Made by a program: the position numbers and the translations under genes
Sequence record: ON529852.1
Direction: 5' to 3' (one strand)
DNA: 64,000 bases
Notes under the pieces: generated by a model
The model's input: only the letters and a program-made list of their open reading frames with translations
The model's database searches: none
Told to the model about the DNA's origin: nothing
Shown: positions 36,107 through 43,997 of the stretch, piece after piece
How the letters are laid out: every line of letters starts with the position of its first letter
Numbering within the stretch: position 1 is the first letter of the stretch

Positions 36107-36696
36107 CAGTCGTAGTGCCTGTTGGTATGATTCCAGGCCTCGGCGAACGCCAGAGCGAAGCGTTCGGCCTCATCGACGCTGTCGAAGGCGTCAGACGCCA
36201 CACGCGCCACCGTCAGCGATCGGGCGTCGTTCAGGCGGAAGGCCGCCCGATTCAGCGGGATGTAGAACCGCCCGTCGTCGCGTTCGACACGGCGCCCGAC
36301 CTGAATCTCCGTGGCGTGAAACTCGGCGTTCGGCGCCCGGCAGTAGTCCTCGGCCGCCAGCAGCAGTTCAGGCCCGGTCATGTCGACATCGGCGCGGATC
36401 ATGCCGGCGGCGACCAGCACCTGACCGAGAGCCTGACCCAACATCTTCAGGCGATCCTGGGACTGCTCCAGCGAGCCAGCGTCGCGATAGGTCGTCCTGG
36501 CGTAGGGGTATGTCCGATCGAGAGCCACGCGGCTGCCGCAAGCGGAGCAGACATGCTCGTACTTCGGTGGAGCGGAGGTGTAGACCGTGTCACCCACCTT
36601 CATTTCTCCCTTGCCGCAAGCCTCGCAACGGTAGCGGACGGTCGTCACAGTGTCGGGCACCTGGGCGGGCGCCGCTGCATCTTGATACTCGGCCAT
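36106..36696 (-). CDS. hypothetical protein with N-terminal zinc ribbon
   Basis: CEACG...HVCSACG. Confidence 0.7.
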   Translation of the reverse strand: MAEYQDAAAPAQVPDTVTTVRYRCEACGKGEMKVGDTVYTSAPPKYEHVCSACGSRVALDRTYPYARTTYRDAGSLEQSQDRLKMLGQALGQVLVAAGMIRADVDMTGPELLLAAEDYCRAPNAEFHATEIQVGRRVERDDGRFYIPLNRAAFRLNDARSLTVARVASDAFDSVDEAERFALAFAEAWNHTNRHYD

Positions 36697-37215
36697 CTAT
36701 GTCTCCTGGCTCCAACCCATGGCCTCGGCGGCCTTGATCCACCCCGCGTCGCGCAGCACCGGCCCCTGCGGGGTTTGCTTGCGACGTCGGGCGACCCAGA
36801 CCTGGAGGCCCCAGGTCCCATGCGCCTTGTGGATGGCGGCGATCTCGCCCCACAGGTCCGGCGACACCTCTTCGCAATCGGCCACGGCCCAGTGAAACAG
36901 GTCGTTGCACAGGACGGCGACAGCGGGCCAGTTTCGGGCGCCGGAGGTCTCAACGAGCCGTCCGTCACGGCTCTCGAAGGTCGGCGGCGTCTCCCAGTGC
37001 GTGCACCAGAAGATCGCGTCGTCCAGGAACATCCGCCGCAAGACCGGGGGCGTCACGTCTTCGAGCGCCATGACCAGGGATTCAAGCGTGGCGGCGGCGC
37101 CCTTGCGTTGTTCGGGTGTCAGCGGCGCGTCGCTGCGCAGCAGCCGATAAGAAACGGCCGCTTCACGCGTCTCGGGCGTGTCGATGGTCCAGTAGTCGGG
37201 GAGAGGCTCGGTCAC
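36697..37215 (-). CDS. hypothetical phage protein
   Basis: ORF in coupled chain. Confidence 0.7.
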   Translation of the reverse strand: MTEPLPDYWTIDTPETREAAVSYRLLRSDAPLTPEQRKGAAATLESLVMALEDVTPPVLRRMFLDDAIFWCTHWETPPTFESRDGRLVETSGARNWPAVAVLCNDLFHWAVADCEEVSPDLWGEIAAIHKAHGTWGLQVWVARRRKQTPQGPVLRDAGWIKAAEAMGWSQET

Positions 37216-37406
37216 CGGCGCTTCTTGCTCCAGTTGAAGACGTAGGACAGGCCCGTGCCCAGCCAGGAGAAGGTGGTGCGCACGCCGCGCCGCCCGACGT
37301 TGGTGGTGAAGCCGCGCGGACCGATCGAGGTCGACACGCCCGTCTTGGACAGGTTGAACTTCAGGCCCGGCAGGATGCTGAACGACTTACGAAAACGGAA
37401 ACCCAT
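37212..37406 (-). CDS. DUF4236-domain small protein
   Basis: MGFRFRKSFSILPGLKFNLSKTGVSTSIGPRG...TGLSY is the DUF4236 pattern. Confidence 0.8.
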   Translation of the reverse strand: MGFRFRKSFSILPGLKFNLSKTGVSTSIGPRGFTTNVGRRGVRTTFSWLGTGLSYVFNWSKKRR

Positions 37407-37408
37407 GG

Positions 37409-38221
37409 CTATGCCTCTTGCAGGATGTCGGCCGCCTCCAGGCGGCCCTTGAGATAGGCGCGGGCGACGACCTGGGAGCCGAAGCCGATCGGATCGCCCA
37501 GCGGCATGTAGACGACCTCGTCGTCGCCATCCCACTTGCCCCGGATCAGGCCGACGTCCGGGTCCACCAGACCGTCGGTGCGGAACAGGCGATCCCCATA
37601 GACCAGCCAGTTGCGCACATAGGCGATCTGGTCGGGGGCGTCGGCGCGATAGCCGCCCCAGGCGACGTCGATGGTCTTGCAACGGACCTCGCCGCGTGCC
37701 GCCGTCTTCGACTTCTGGCGCCGGTTGTTCTTGGCCCGACGACGTTCGTGGCGGTTGACGTCACGCGCCGGCCCAGCCGCCAGGTCGCCCGGCAGCTTGT
37801 CGGACTTGAAGCGATTGCAGGGGCTGCACATGGTCTGGTAGTTGAAGTCCGCGTCCGGGCCGCCCTTGGATCGCGGCTGGATGTGGTCCTTGGTCATCAG
37901 CACCAGCTTGCCGCCCGCGTCGAGCGCGTAGAGGTTGAAGTGCCACTTGTTGGTGGTCGCCTCCCACTGGCCGGTCGACTTGCGCAGCACCGCCGAGCGC
38001 TCCTTGGCGAACCAGAGGCCGACAATCCCGCAAGAGACGCAGATCGAGGACTTCTGGAACAGGCGGTAGCGCGCCGACGTCATGTCGATCACGTCATCGT
38101 CGAAGACGTGCGTGTCCTTGTCCAGGTGCTGGAAGACTTCATCGCAGGTATAGAACCCCCGACGTTCATAGCCCGGCACAAAGCCGTGCGACCGCACCCC
38201 TTTAGGTCCGTTGGTCGTCAC
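37409..38221 (-). CDS. HNH endonuclease
   Basis: CVSCG...DHIQPRSKGG...NYQTMCSPCNRFKS. Confidence 0.85.
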   Translation of the reverse strand: MTTNGPKGVRSHGFVPGYERRGFYTCDEVFQHLDKDTHVFDDDVIDMTSARYRLFQKSSICVSCGIVGLWFAKERSAVLRKSTGQWEATTNKWHFNLYALDAGGKLVLMTKDHIQPRSKGGPDADFNYQTMCSPCNRFKSDKLPGDLAAGPARDVNRHERRRAKNNRRQKSKTAARGEVRCKTIDVAWGGYRADAPDQIAYVRNWLVYGDRLFRTDGLVDPDVGLIRGKWDGDDEVVYMPLGDPIGFGSQVVARAYLKGRLEAADILQEA

Positions 38222-38910
38222 TGCTCACCCGTATAGAGGTAGCCCTTGCCAACGCGCTGGAAGCTGTCCGGCGGGCCGCCAGCGGCGCCGATGGCCTCCA
38301 GGGCCGCGATGCTTTCGGCGGACGACCGATGGAAGACGCCGATGCCGCCCGCTTCAGCCCAGGCCAGGACGTTGGCGATCCGATCGTCGACCAGAATTTG
38401 GTGAGCGCCGTGCAGGCGGTGCATGAACTCGAACTTCCGCGCCGAGGTGGTGCAGATGAAGTTCTCGTCGGGCGTGGCGATCCGATCCTTCACCGTGGCG
38501 AAGACCATGGCGTCGTTATATTCTTCCTGGACCACCGCCGGCAACAGCACGGTCTCGACCCACACACGCTTATGGTAGGCGGCGCCCAGCCAGAATGGAT
38601 TGAGATAGTAGTCGTCTTCCGTGGCGCCGAACTTGGGCGCCGCTGTCACGATGACCGGCAAGCGGGCGGACGCCGCCATCAGACGCGCCGCCGCACGGTA
38701 GAGCGCCACGGCGCCCTCTTGAAGCGGCAAGTTGCGATAGAACTCGGTGCCCTTGATGCGCTCGTACATCTCGCGCTTGAGCGGATGGGAGGTGCCGGAC
38801 CGGTTGAGGTCGCGGCCCAGGGCGGGATCGACGTCGTAGCCAAGCGCGGCCATGCCGGCGCCGTAGTCGGCTTCGACGCCGTCCAGGTCCAGAGAGACGA
38901 CAAAATCCAT
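38218..38910 (-). CDS. HAD-superfamily 5'(3')-deoxyribonucleotidase-like
   Basis: LDLDGV (DxD), VTAAP, HKRVW, ILVDDRIANVLAWAEAGGIGV. Confidence 0.8.
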   Translation of the reverse strand: MDFVVSLDLDGVEADYGAGMAALGYDVDPALGRDLNRSGTSHPLKREMYERIKGTEFYRNLPLQEGAVALYRAAARLMAASARLPVIVTAAPKFGATEDDYYLNPFWLGAAYHKRVWVETVLLPAVVQEEYNDAMVFATVKDRIATPDENFICTTSARKFEFMHRLHGAHQILVDDRIANVLAWAEAGGIGVFHRSSAESIAALEAIGAAGGPPDSFQRVGKGYLYTGEQ

Positions 38911-39137
38911 CAAACGCCTACCTTCCACACACGGCGCGCCACCACGACGCCGACACCCATGCCGACGAGGGTCAGCACCGCAAGAAACCCGCCACGCAGG
39001 GCGTGTTCCGCCTGGCTCTCGCCATATCCGGCGAGACGCTTGATCCAGTAGGCGGAGCCGCCCATCATCACGATGGAGACGTAAACGCCGACCAGGACCG
39101 ACGCCCACAGGCGCAACGCCTTCACTCCGGCGCTCAC
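38910..39137 (-). CDS. small two-helix membrane protein
   Basis: GTG start overlapping stop at 39134; two hydrophobic helices. Confidence 0.65.
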   Translation of the reverse strand: MSAGVKALRLWASVLVGVYVSIVMMGGSAYWIKRLAGYGESQAEHALRGGFLAVLTLVGMGVGVVVARRVWKVGV

Positions 39138-40144
39138 GTCTGAACCGCGCCTTTCGCGATGCCGGACAGACGGATGGCGGCGTGGTTGCCCAGGATCGAG
39201 CCTTCCACCAACCACTCCACGCGGGTGCGGTAGAGCGGCGGGTGATCGACGGCGTCGCGGTAGCCAGGGGGCGCCGTTTCTTTGGAGATCAGGCCCAGGT
39301 CGGCGACTTGCGGCGGGTTGTTCATCAGCCCGACGACGCCTTCGGGCTTCAGCGCCACCACATAGATCGAGGTGGTGTCGCCGGGCTCGTTGAAGTCGAT
39401 GATCTGTGCATCGACTTCGTTGTAATCGGTGCACAGGATCGTGACGGTCCGCCCCTGCCGGGTCGTATAGGTGGCGATACGCCGGCCGTTCTCATCTTTA
39501 TCCCAGCCGATATAGACGTGATCCGTCGACGGCCTCGCGCCGACCGTCAGCAGGTTCCGCATGCGTTTGCTGGTGACGAGGTGGGTGGCGTTCGTCTGTT
39601 CGATGGCGCGATCCAGGACGGCCAACCGAAGCGGCCCGCCCATATCGAGAACGGCGTCGTCGGCGATCCGATGCTTCAGTCCTGTGGAATAGGCGTAGGC
39701 GGCCGTGCCGTCGCCATTGATCATCCGATCCACCAACGACTTCGCCGCCAGGCGGTGATGCATTCGGCGACGCAACGACAGCAACGAGGCACCGGAGTCC
39801 TCGACCAGGGCGGCGTCCACGTCGCAATCGCCGCACATGATCTTCAGCGTATCTTCGCTGCGGGGTTTGATGGTGGTGAAGCGCTCGCCCTCGCGCTTCA
39901 GGGCGCCCCCCGAGACGGTCAGGAACGGCAGCGCCTGCAAAAGGTCCTCCGCCACCAACGCTTCGAGATATTCGGCCTGGCGCATGTCGCCGCGCTCCGC
40001 TGCGTCTTCCCTCAGGTCTTCGAGATAGGAGACGACGACGGCCTGGCGCTCGCCGGGCTGCGCGGCGGGTGCGGCTTCAGCCACGCCGGCGGCGATCAGG
40101 GAGGCGGCGGAGGCCGTGGCGTACAGGAAGGCGCGGCGGTTCAT
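39134..40144 (-). CDS. major-capsid-protein paralog (HK97-fold, phiCbK-type) with N-terminal Tat signal
   Basis: NRRAFL + h-region + AEA; then LLQALPF, GDCDVD, INGD, LAVLDRAI, SKRMRNLL, IIDFNE, TSIYVV, YRTRVEWLV, AAIRLSGI, recalled as conserved blocks of this capsid family. Confidence 0.75.
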   Translation of the reverse strand: MNRRAFLYATASAASLIAAGVAEAAPAAQPGERQAVVVSYLEDLREDAAERGDMRQAEYLEALVAEDLLQALPFLTVSGGALKREGERFTTIKPRSEDTLKIMCGDCDVDAALVEDSGASLLSLRRRMHHRLAAKSLVDRMINGDGTAAYAYSTGLKHRIADDAVLDMGGPLRLAVLDRAIEQTNATHLVTSKRMRNLLTVGARPSTDHVYIGWDKDENGRRIATYTTRQGRTVTILCTDYNEVDAQIIDFNEPGDTTSIYVVALKPEGVVGLMNNPPQVADLGLISKETAPPGYRDAVDHPPLYRTRVEWLVEGSILGNHAAIRLSGIAKGAVQT

Positions 40145-40155
40145 GGTGAAGCCTT

Positions 40156-40530
40156 TCAGGAATGGATTTCGTCGCGCCCGTCCAGCGCGTCATCGCGCTG
40201 ACACAGGTCGACCAGACGGTGGACCGAGAGGTGGCGGTCGTAGATGGCGCAGCCGTCGAACTTGAATAGTTCCGAAGCCTCATGCATCAGGGCGCGCTGC
40301 ACCGCCGCCCAGAGCGTCTGGACGATCTCGGTGTCGGTCATCCACCGCGACAGCTTCCACTTGCGGCCCTTCCATTCGATGGGCAGGCCGGTGGTGGTGT
40401 CGATGCCGTCGGGGCAGATGATCTGGCACCAGGGCTCGTCGAACGAGCCCGAGACCTTGAACGTGAAGCCGGGATAGCGGCACCGCGCCACCACCGCCTC
40501 CAGTTCGGCGAAGGTTTTAGGATCGGACAT
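40156..40530 (-). CDS. hypothetical phage protein
   Basis: ORF in coupled chain. Confidence 0.7.
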   Translation of the reverse strand: MSDPKTFAELEAVVARCRYPGFTFKVSGSFDEPWCQIICPDGIDTTTGLPIEWKGRKWKLSRWMTDTEIVQTLWAAVQRALMHEASELFKFDGCAIYDRHLSVHRLVDLCQRDDALDGRDEIHS

Positions 40531-41060
40531 CAGGCGGGCGGCCGGGCTTTCGCCCGCGCCTCCAGCGCCGCCATCAAGCGGCTGTTGTCGTAGCGGACCT
40601 GTCCCGGCAGGGCGGCCTTCAGCGCCTTCACATCCTTGATGTGACGGGTGAACATCACCACAGGAGGCACGTCATCCGCCAGGGACTCGCCGGTGTAGTG
40701 ATACATTTCGGCCTCGATCACCAGGACGTCGCCGTCAAAGACCTTGACGCGCGGGCCGGTCAGTCCGGCCTTGTAGCCATTATGGGAATCCCAGGCCTGG
40801 CCCAGTTCCCCTTCGAAACGGGGGTCCTTGAGGTCGACGCGCACGTCGATCGGCCACGTCTCCTGCCCGATGACATAGCCGTCGGCCTGAACCTGGTTGA
40901 TCCAGTCCACAGCGAGCGAGGCGTGCTCATGGCGGAAGGCCTCCTGCGTGAAGGTCACGGCGCGCATCATCGGAGACGTGACAGCAGCCAAGGCGGCGGC
41001 GGGCAGGGCGCTCAGCGCCGCTGCGGCGCCGGCGGATTTGAACAGGGTGCGGCGGTTCAT
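40530..41060 (-). CDS. Tat-signal (twin-arginine) exported protein of unknown function
   Basis: Start MNRRTLFKSAGAAAALSALPAAALA; GAGGAG RBS. Confidence 0.75.
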   Translation of the reverse strand: MNRRTLFKSAGAAAALSALPAAALAAVTSPMMRAVTFTQEAFRHEHASLAVDWINQVQADGYVIGQETWPIDVRVDLKDPRFEGELGQAWDSHNGYKAGLTGPRVKVFDGDVLVIEAEMYHYTGESLADDVPPVVMFTRHIKDVKALKAALPGQVRYDNSRLMAALEARAKARPPA

Positions 41061-41070
41061 CAGGGACTCC

Positions 41071-41319
41071 TCAGTCGAGAGGGATGTCGTGATAGGCGAG
41101 CCAGTCCTGGAGTGCCCCGCGCGAAGGAAAGTCATTGACCTCCAACTCGCCCGAAGCCCCCGACAGGGTGCAGCCCCAGTAGCCTTCATCGTCATCCTGT
41201 TCGAGGAACTGCGCCGACACGTCGTCGTCTTCAGCCGCCTCCCCGAAGCGCTCGTACCAGATGAGACCGAGGTCGTCGTCGGGTTGCAGGACGGGGGTGT
41301 TGAAGAAGTCCAGACGCAA
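41071..41319 (-). CDS. small acidic hypothetical protein
   Basis: TTG start with GAGGA RBS; D/E-rich. Confidence 0.7.
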   Translation of the reverse strand: MRLDFFNTPVLQPDDDLGLIWYERFGEAAEDDDVSAQFLEQDDDEGYWGCTLSGASGELEVNDFPSRGALQDWLAYHDIPLD

Positions 41320-41339
41320 GGCGCATCCTCAGAGAAAGT

Positions 41340-41612
41340 AGAGTGGGAGCGAGGGCGGACGACGCATGAGCACAGGGCAAAAAGCACAAGGCAAAAAGCA
41401 ACCCAGCAAACGTGTCACAAACCCCGAGCAATAGAGCAGCGCCATTGTTTCAGGCGGCCCGAAGGCACGTTGTTTGATCGGGGCAGCACGACACGATCCC
41501 ATAAAAGGGTGGTGCTATGTTTCGATCATCAAGGCCCGAAGGCCTCGGATGAGTAGGCGCCGCCCGTATCCTCGCTCCCACCCCTCGGTTCAGGCAGGCC
41601 CGTAGGCCCGCC
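41340..41612 (-). ncRNA. putative structured non-coding RNA (~270 nt)
   Basis: 12-bp perfect plus 10-bp G-U-containing closing helix (41557-41581 with 41343-41365); C(UUCG)G and C(UACG)G hairpins; 14-nt U-rich tandem repeat; G-U pairs work only on the minus strand. Confidence 0.7.
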
Positions 41613-41630
41613 GTCCCCAAGTGGGTGAAA

Positions 41631-42227
41631 TCAGTTCAGCTTGAAGCGCTCGATCAACGCCACCACGGTCTCGGGGAGGGTGATGCGATGACCGGTGTTC
41701 AGGCCCAGAAGTTCGTCGGTGATCTCCGCCTTCTCGCGGCGAATGTCGCGCAGGGCGTCCTCCAGGCCGTCGTAGGCCGAACGAGGGACCCGAACCGAGA
41801 AGGTTTCGGCGGCGGTGACGCGAACGCCGGCGGTCTTGGCGGCCTCGTGTTGCGCCAGGAGGGCTTCGAAACGGCGCGGGGCCAGGGCGACGTCATCGCT
41901 CGCCGTGGCGGCGGGCGCATGCATGAAGACCTGCGACAGCAGCTTCTCCTTGCGGTCCAGCAGCGCCTTGCGGGTCAGGACGTCGTTGATGCCCGAGGTG
42001 TGGAAGGCCTTGCCCATCAGGGCGCGCACGGCGTAGGCGGCCTCGGTCAGCGCCAGGGCGTCCTCCAGGGTGGTGCGCATCGCCTGGCCGGCGGCGTCCA
42101 CCTTGCCGGCGAAATCGGGGGTCGTGTCATAGATGGAGAACGCCACGGCGTGCTCGGCGGTCTGCTTCAGGGCTTCGTCTTGAAGCGATTTGGCGAGCGC
42201 ATTGGCTTTGCGCAGATTGACTTGCAT
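41631..42227 (-). CDS. all-helical hypothetical protein upstream of the putative ncRNA
   Basis: MQVNLRKANAL...SGINDVL...LRDIRREKAEITDELLGLN; amphipathic helices, loosely reminiscent of DIP1984-like proteins (unverified). Confidence 0.75.
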   Translation of the reverse strand: MQVNLRKANALAKSLQDEALKQTAEHAVAFSIYDTTPDFAGKVDAAGQAMRTTLEDALALTEAAYAVRALMGKAFHTSGINDVLTRKALLDRKEKLLSQVFMHAPAATASDDVALAPRRFEALLAQHEAAKTAGVRVTAAETFSVRVPRSAYDGLEDALRDIRREKAEITDELLGLNTGHRITLPETVVALIERFKLN

Positions 42228-42255
42228 CGGGTCCTCCGTAAATCGTTTGCCGTGT

Positions 42256-42282
42256 TTACTGGCACTTGGCGCCGTCTGTCAA
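42256..42282 (-). promoter_or_regulatory. sigma70-like promoter (class II, 18-nt spacer)
   Basis: TTGACA-18nt-TAAACA upstream of GGAGGACCCG-ATG. Confidence 0.45.
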
Positions 42283-42289
42283 CTCTTAA

Positions 42290-42625
42290 TCACATGGGCT
42301 TCAACTTGATCAGCAGCGGCACGCCGTTGATGTTGAACCGCACGACCTCCACGCGGCCCGCGCGCACCAGCTTCTGGATCGTCGCGGCGGAGAAGCTTTT
42401 CTCCCTGAAGGCCCCGTCGGCGTCACGGGGCTGGCCCATCACGTTGTAGAGCCCGAGGCTGTCGCGCTCCATGGCGTGGGAATCATGGACCGCCATCATC
42501 ATCAGGGCGATCTCGGCCGCCGGCGCCACAGAGCCCTTGCGCAGGCCGCCCAGGTAACGGACGACCCGTTCCCGCTGCTGCGCCTGCAACTGCTGGCGAA
42601 AGGCGATCTGGGACGCGGTGGGCAT
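42290..42625 (-). CDS. hypothetical protein
   Basis: ORF in coupled chain. Confidence 0.65.
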   Translation of the reverse strand: MPTASQIAFRQQLQAQQRERVVRYLGGLRKGSVAPAAEIALMMMAVHDSHAMERDSLGLYNVMGQPRDADGAFREKSFSAATIQKLVRAGRVEVVRFNINGVPLLIKLKPM

Positions 42626-42882
42626 CAGAAGGCCGCCTGCATGGCGGCGACATCCAGCACGATCAGGACCCCGGTGTGAACCCGCAGTCGATCGGAGTTG
42701 ATGCCTGACAGGAAGACCGGCGCCTGGTCGGTTCCAGGCCGGATGACGCAGTAGGGCTGCTGCCTCAGGCGCCCGGCGTCAGAGGCGTGCTCGACGATGG
42801 TCCAGGCGACCGCATCGGCGTCCCCGGCGTCGTGCCCCAACCGCGTCAGCCAGTTGACGCAGTGGGTGTGGAAGTGGCGCAT
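42625..42882 (-). CDS. hypothetical protein
   Basis: Start moved to MRHFHTH. Confidence 0.6.
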   Translation of the reverse strand: MRHFHTHCVNWLTRLGHDAGDADAVAWTIVEHASDAGRLRQQPYCVIRPGTDQAPVFLSGINSDRLRVHTGVLIVLDVAAMQAAF

Positions 42883-42889
42883 GCTCGTC

Positions 42890-43651
42890 CTAGCCGCCGG
42901 CTTTCTTGATCGCTTCAGCGAGGGCGGCGGCCTCGAAGTTCGATAGGTCCTGGCCGAGGCGGTCCTGGATGGAGCGGAGCCCCTCCAGGGTGTCGGCTTG
43001 AAGTTGTTTACGCGCGGCGGCTTCAAGAGCGTGAATGCGATCGCGCTCTTCTCGGTCCGCCTTATCCTGGAGCGCCTTGGCGCGCGCCCGTTCGGCGCTG
43101 TCGATCCGCGCCTGCTTCGCGTCGGCGATGATCTTCACCACCGCCGCCGGGTTCGGCAGGCGCCCCGCTTTCAGAAAGCGCGGCACGAAGGACGCCATAT
43201 GCTCGCGGCTCTTCCACCCGCGCCAATCGCTGACCTCGCTGTCGCCCCACCGCCCGTGATCCGTATCGGGCTCGACGTCTTGTCGCCAGGGCGTCAGCGG
43301 CGTCAGCTTGCCCATGAGGCCGCTATAGCGGCCCCAGACCGGAAGGTTGCCGCACTCGGGGTTCGGCGGCGGCGGTTCCCAGGCGTGGACGAAGCTGTCG
43401 CTGTAGGTTTGCGTGCATCCATTCGGCACGAGGGCGGTGAAGACCCACGGCTTGCCGACGCCGATGGGGTAGAAGGCGAAGCCCACCAGGTCCTCGCCGA
43501 CTGTGATCTCCCACTTCGAACGCTGCTGCGGCGTCAGTTCCGTATTGAAACTGATCCCCAGGTCTGGATCGACCTGGGTGAACACGACGTCGACGCCGTC
43601 GACCTGATAGGTCTCGACCTTACGCTTGCGCGGCCTGGCGTCCCCGGTCAA
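42890..43651 (-). CDS. hypothetical protein (C-terminus shared with 60257-61075)
   Basis: ARKQLQADTLEGLRSIQ...LSNFEAAALAEAI. Confidence 0.7.
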   Translation of the reverse strand: MTGDARPRKRKVETYQVDGVDVVFTQVDPDLGISFNTELTPQQRSKWEITVGEDLVGFAFYPIGVGKPWVFTALVPNGCTQTYSDSFVHAWEPPPPNPECGNLPVWGRYSGLMGKLTPLTPWRQDVEPDTDHGRWGDSEVSDWRGWKSREHMASFVPRFLKAGRLPNPAAVVKIIADAKQARIDSAERARAKALQDKADREERDRIHALEAAARKQLQADTLEGLRSIQDRLGQDLSNFEAAALAEAIKKAGG

Positions 43652-43875
43652 TCCAGGTCCTTCTCATAGTCGTAGGTCGAGGTCGAATTGCCCTTGGGGT
43701 CGACCGAGAAACGCTGCGTGCGGTGTTTGCCCGTCGTGCGGTTGATCGTCTCGATCTCGACGACGGCGTTATCGCCGTCCATGTTGTGCCCCAGGTTGGT
43801 CAGCACCCATCCGGAACCGGAGGCCCGGTTCTTGATCGACTGGATGGCGGTGTGTTGATAGTCGTTCGCGGGCAT
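43648..43875 (-). CDS. hypothetical protein
   Basis: ORF in coupled chain. Confidence 0.65.
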   Translation of the reverse strand: MPANDYQHTAIQSIKNRASGSGWVLTNLGHNMDGDNAVVEIETINRTTGKHRTQRFSVDPKGNSTSTYDYEKDLD

Positions 43876-43877
43876 GG

Positions 43878-43931
43878 TCAGAAACTCAGGCAGATGATCA
43901 GGAGACAGGTCAAAAGGGGCAGGGCGCGCAT
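43878..43931 (-). CDS. 17-aa hydrophobic micropeptide
   Basis: MRALPLLTCLLIICLSF; consensus GACGAC-GGAGGACCCC-ATG leader directly after promoter. Confidence 0.55.
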   Translation of the reverse strand: MRALPLLTCLLIICLSF

Positions 43932-43962
43932 GGGGTCCTCCAAAAAAGTCGTCGGAAGACCC

Positions 43963-43988
43963 CTATCGCACTGAGTGCCGTTCGTCAA
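43963..43988 (-). promoter_or_regulatory. sigma70-like promoter (class II)
   Basis: TTGACG-17nt-TAGGGG. Confidence 0.6.
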
Positions 43989-43997
43989 CACACGGCG

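Noticed and set aside
41355-41365. GUCGUC in the ncRNA 3' arm as an antisense partner of the GACGAC leaders
   Set aside because: Only 6 nt, buried in the closing helix, and the neighbouring CCUC is on the wrong side to pair with the RBS at the same time; chance is likely.
41231-41431. Small ORF and N-terminal extension (to 41387) crossing the putative ncRNA
   Set aside because: No RBS, overlap with the well-supported 41071-41319 gene, and atypical composition; the real starts are at 41319 and 41060.
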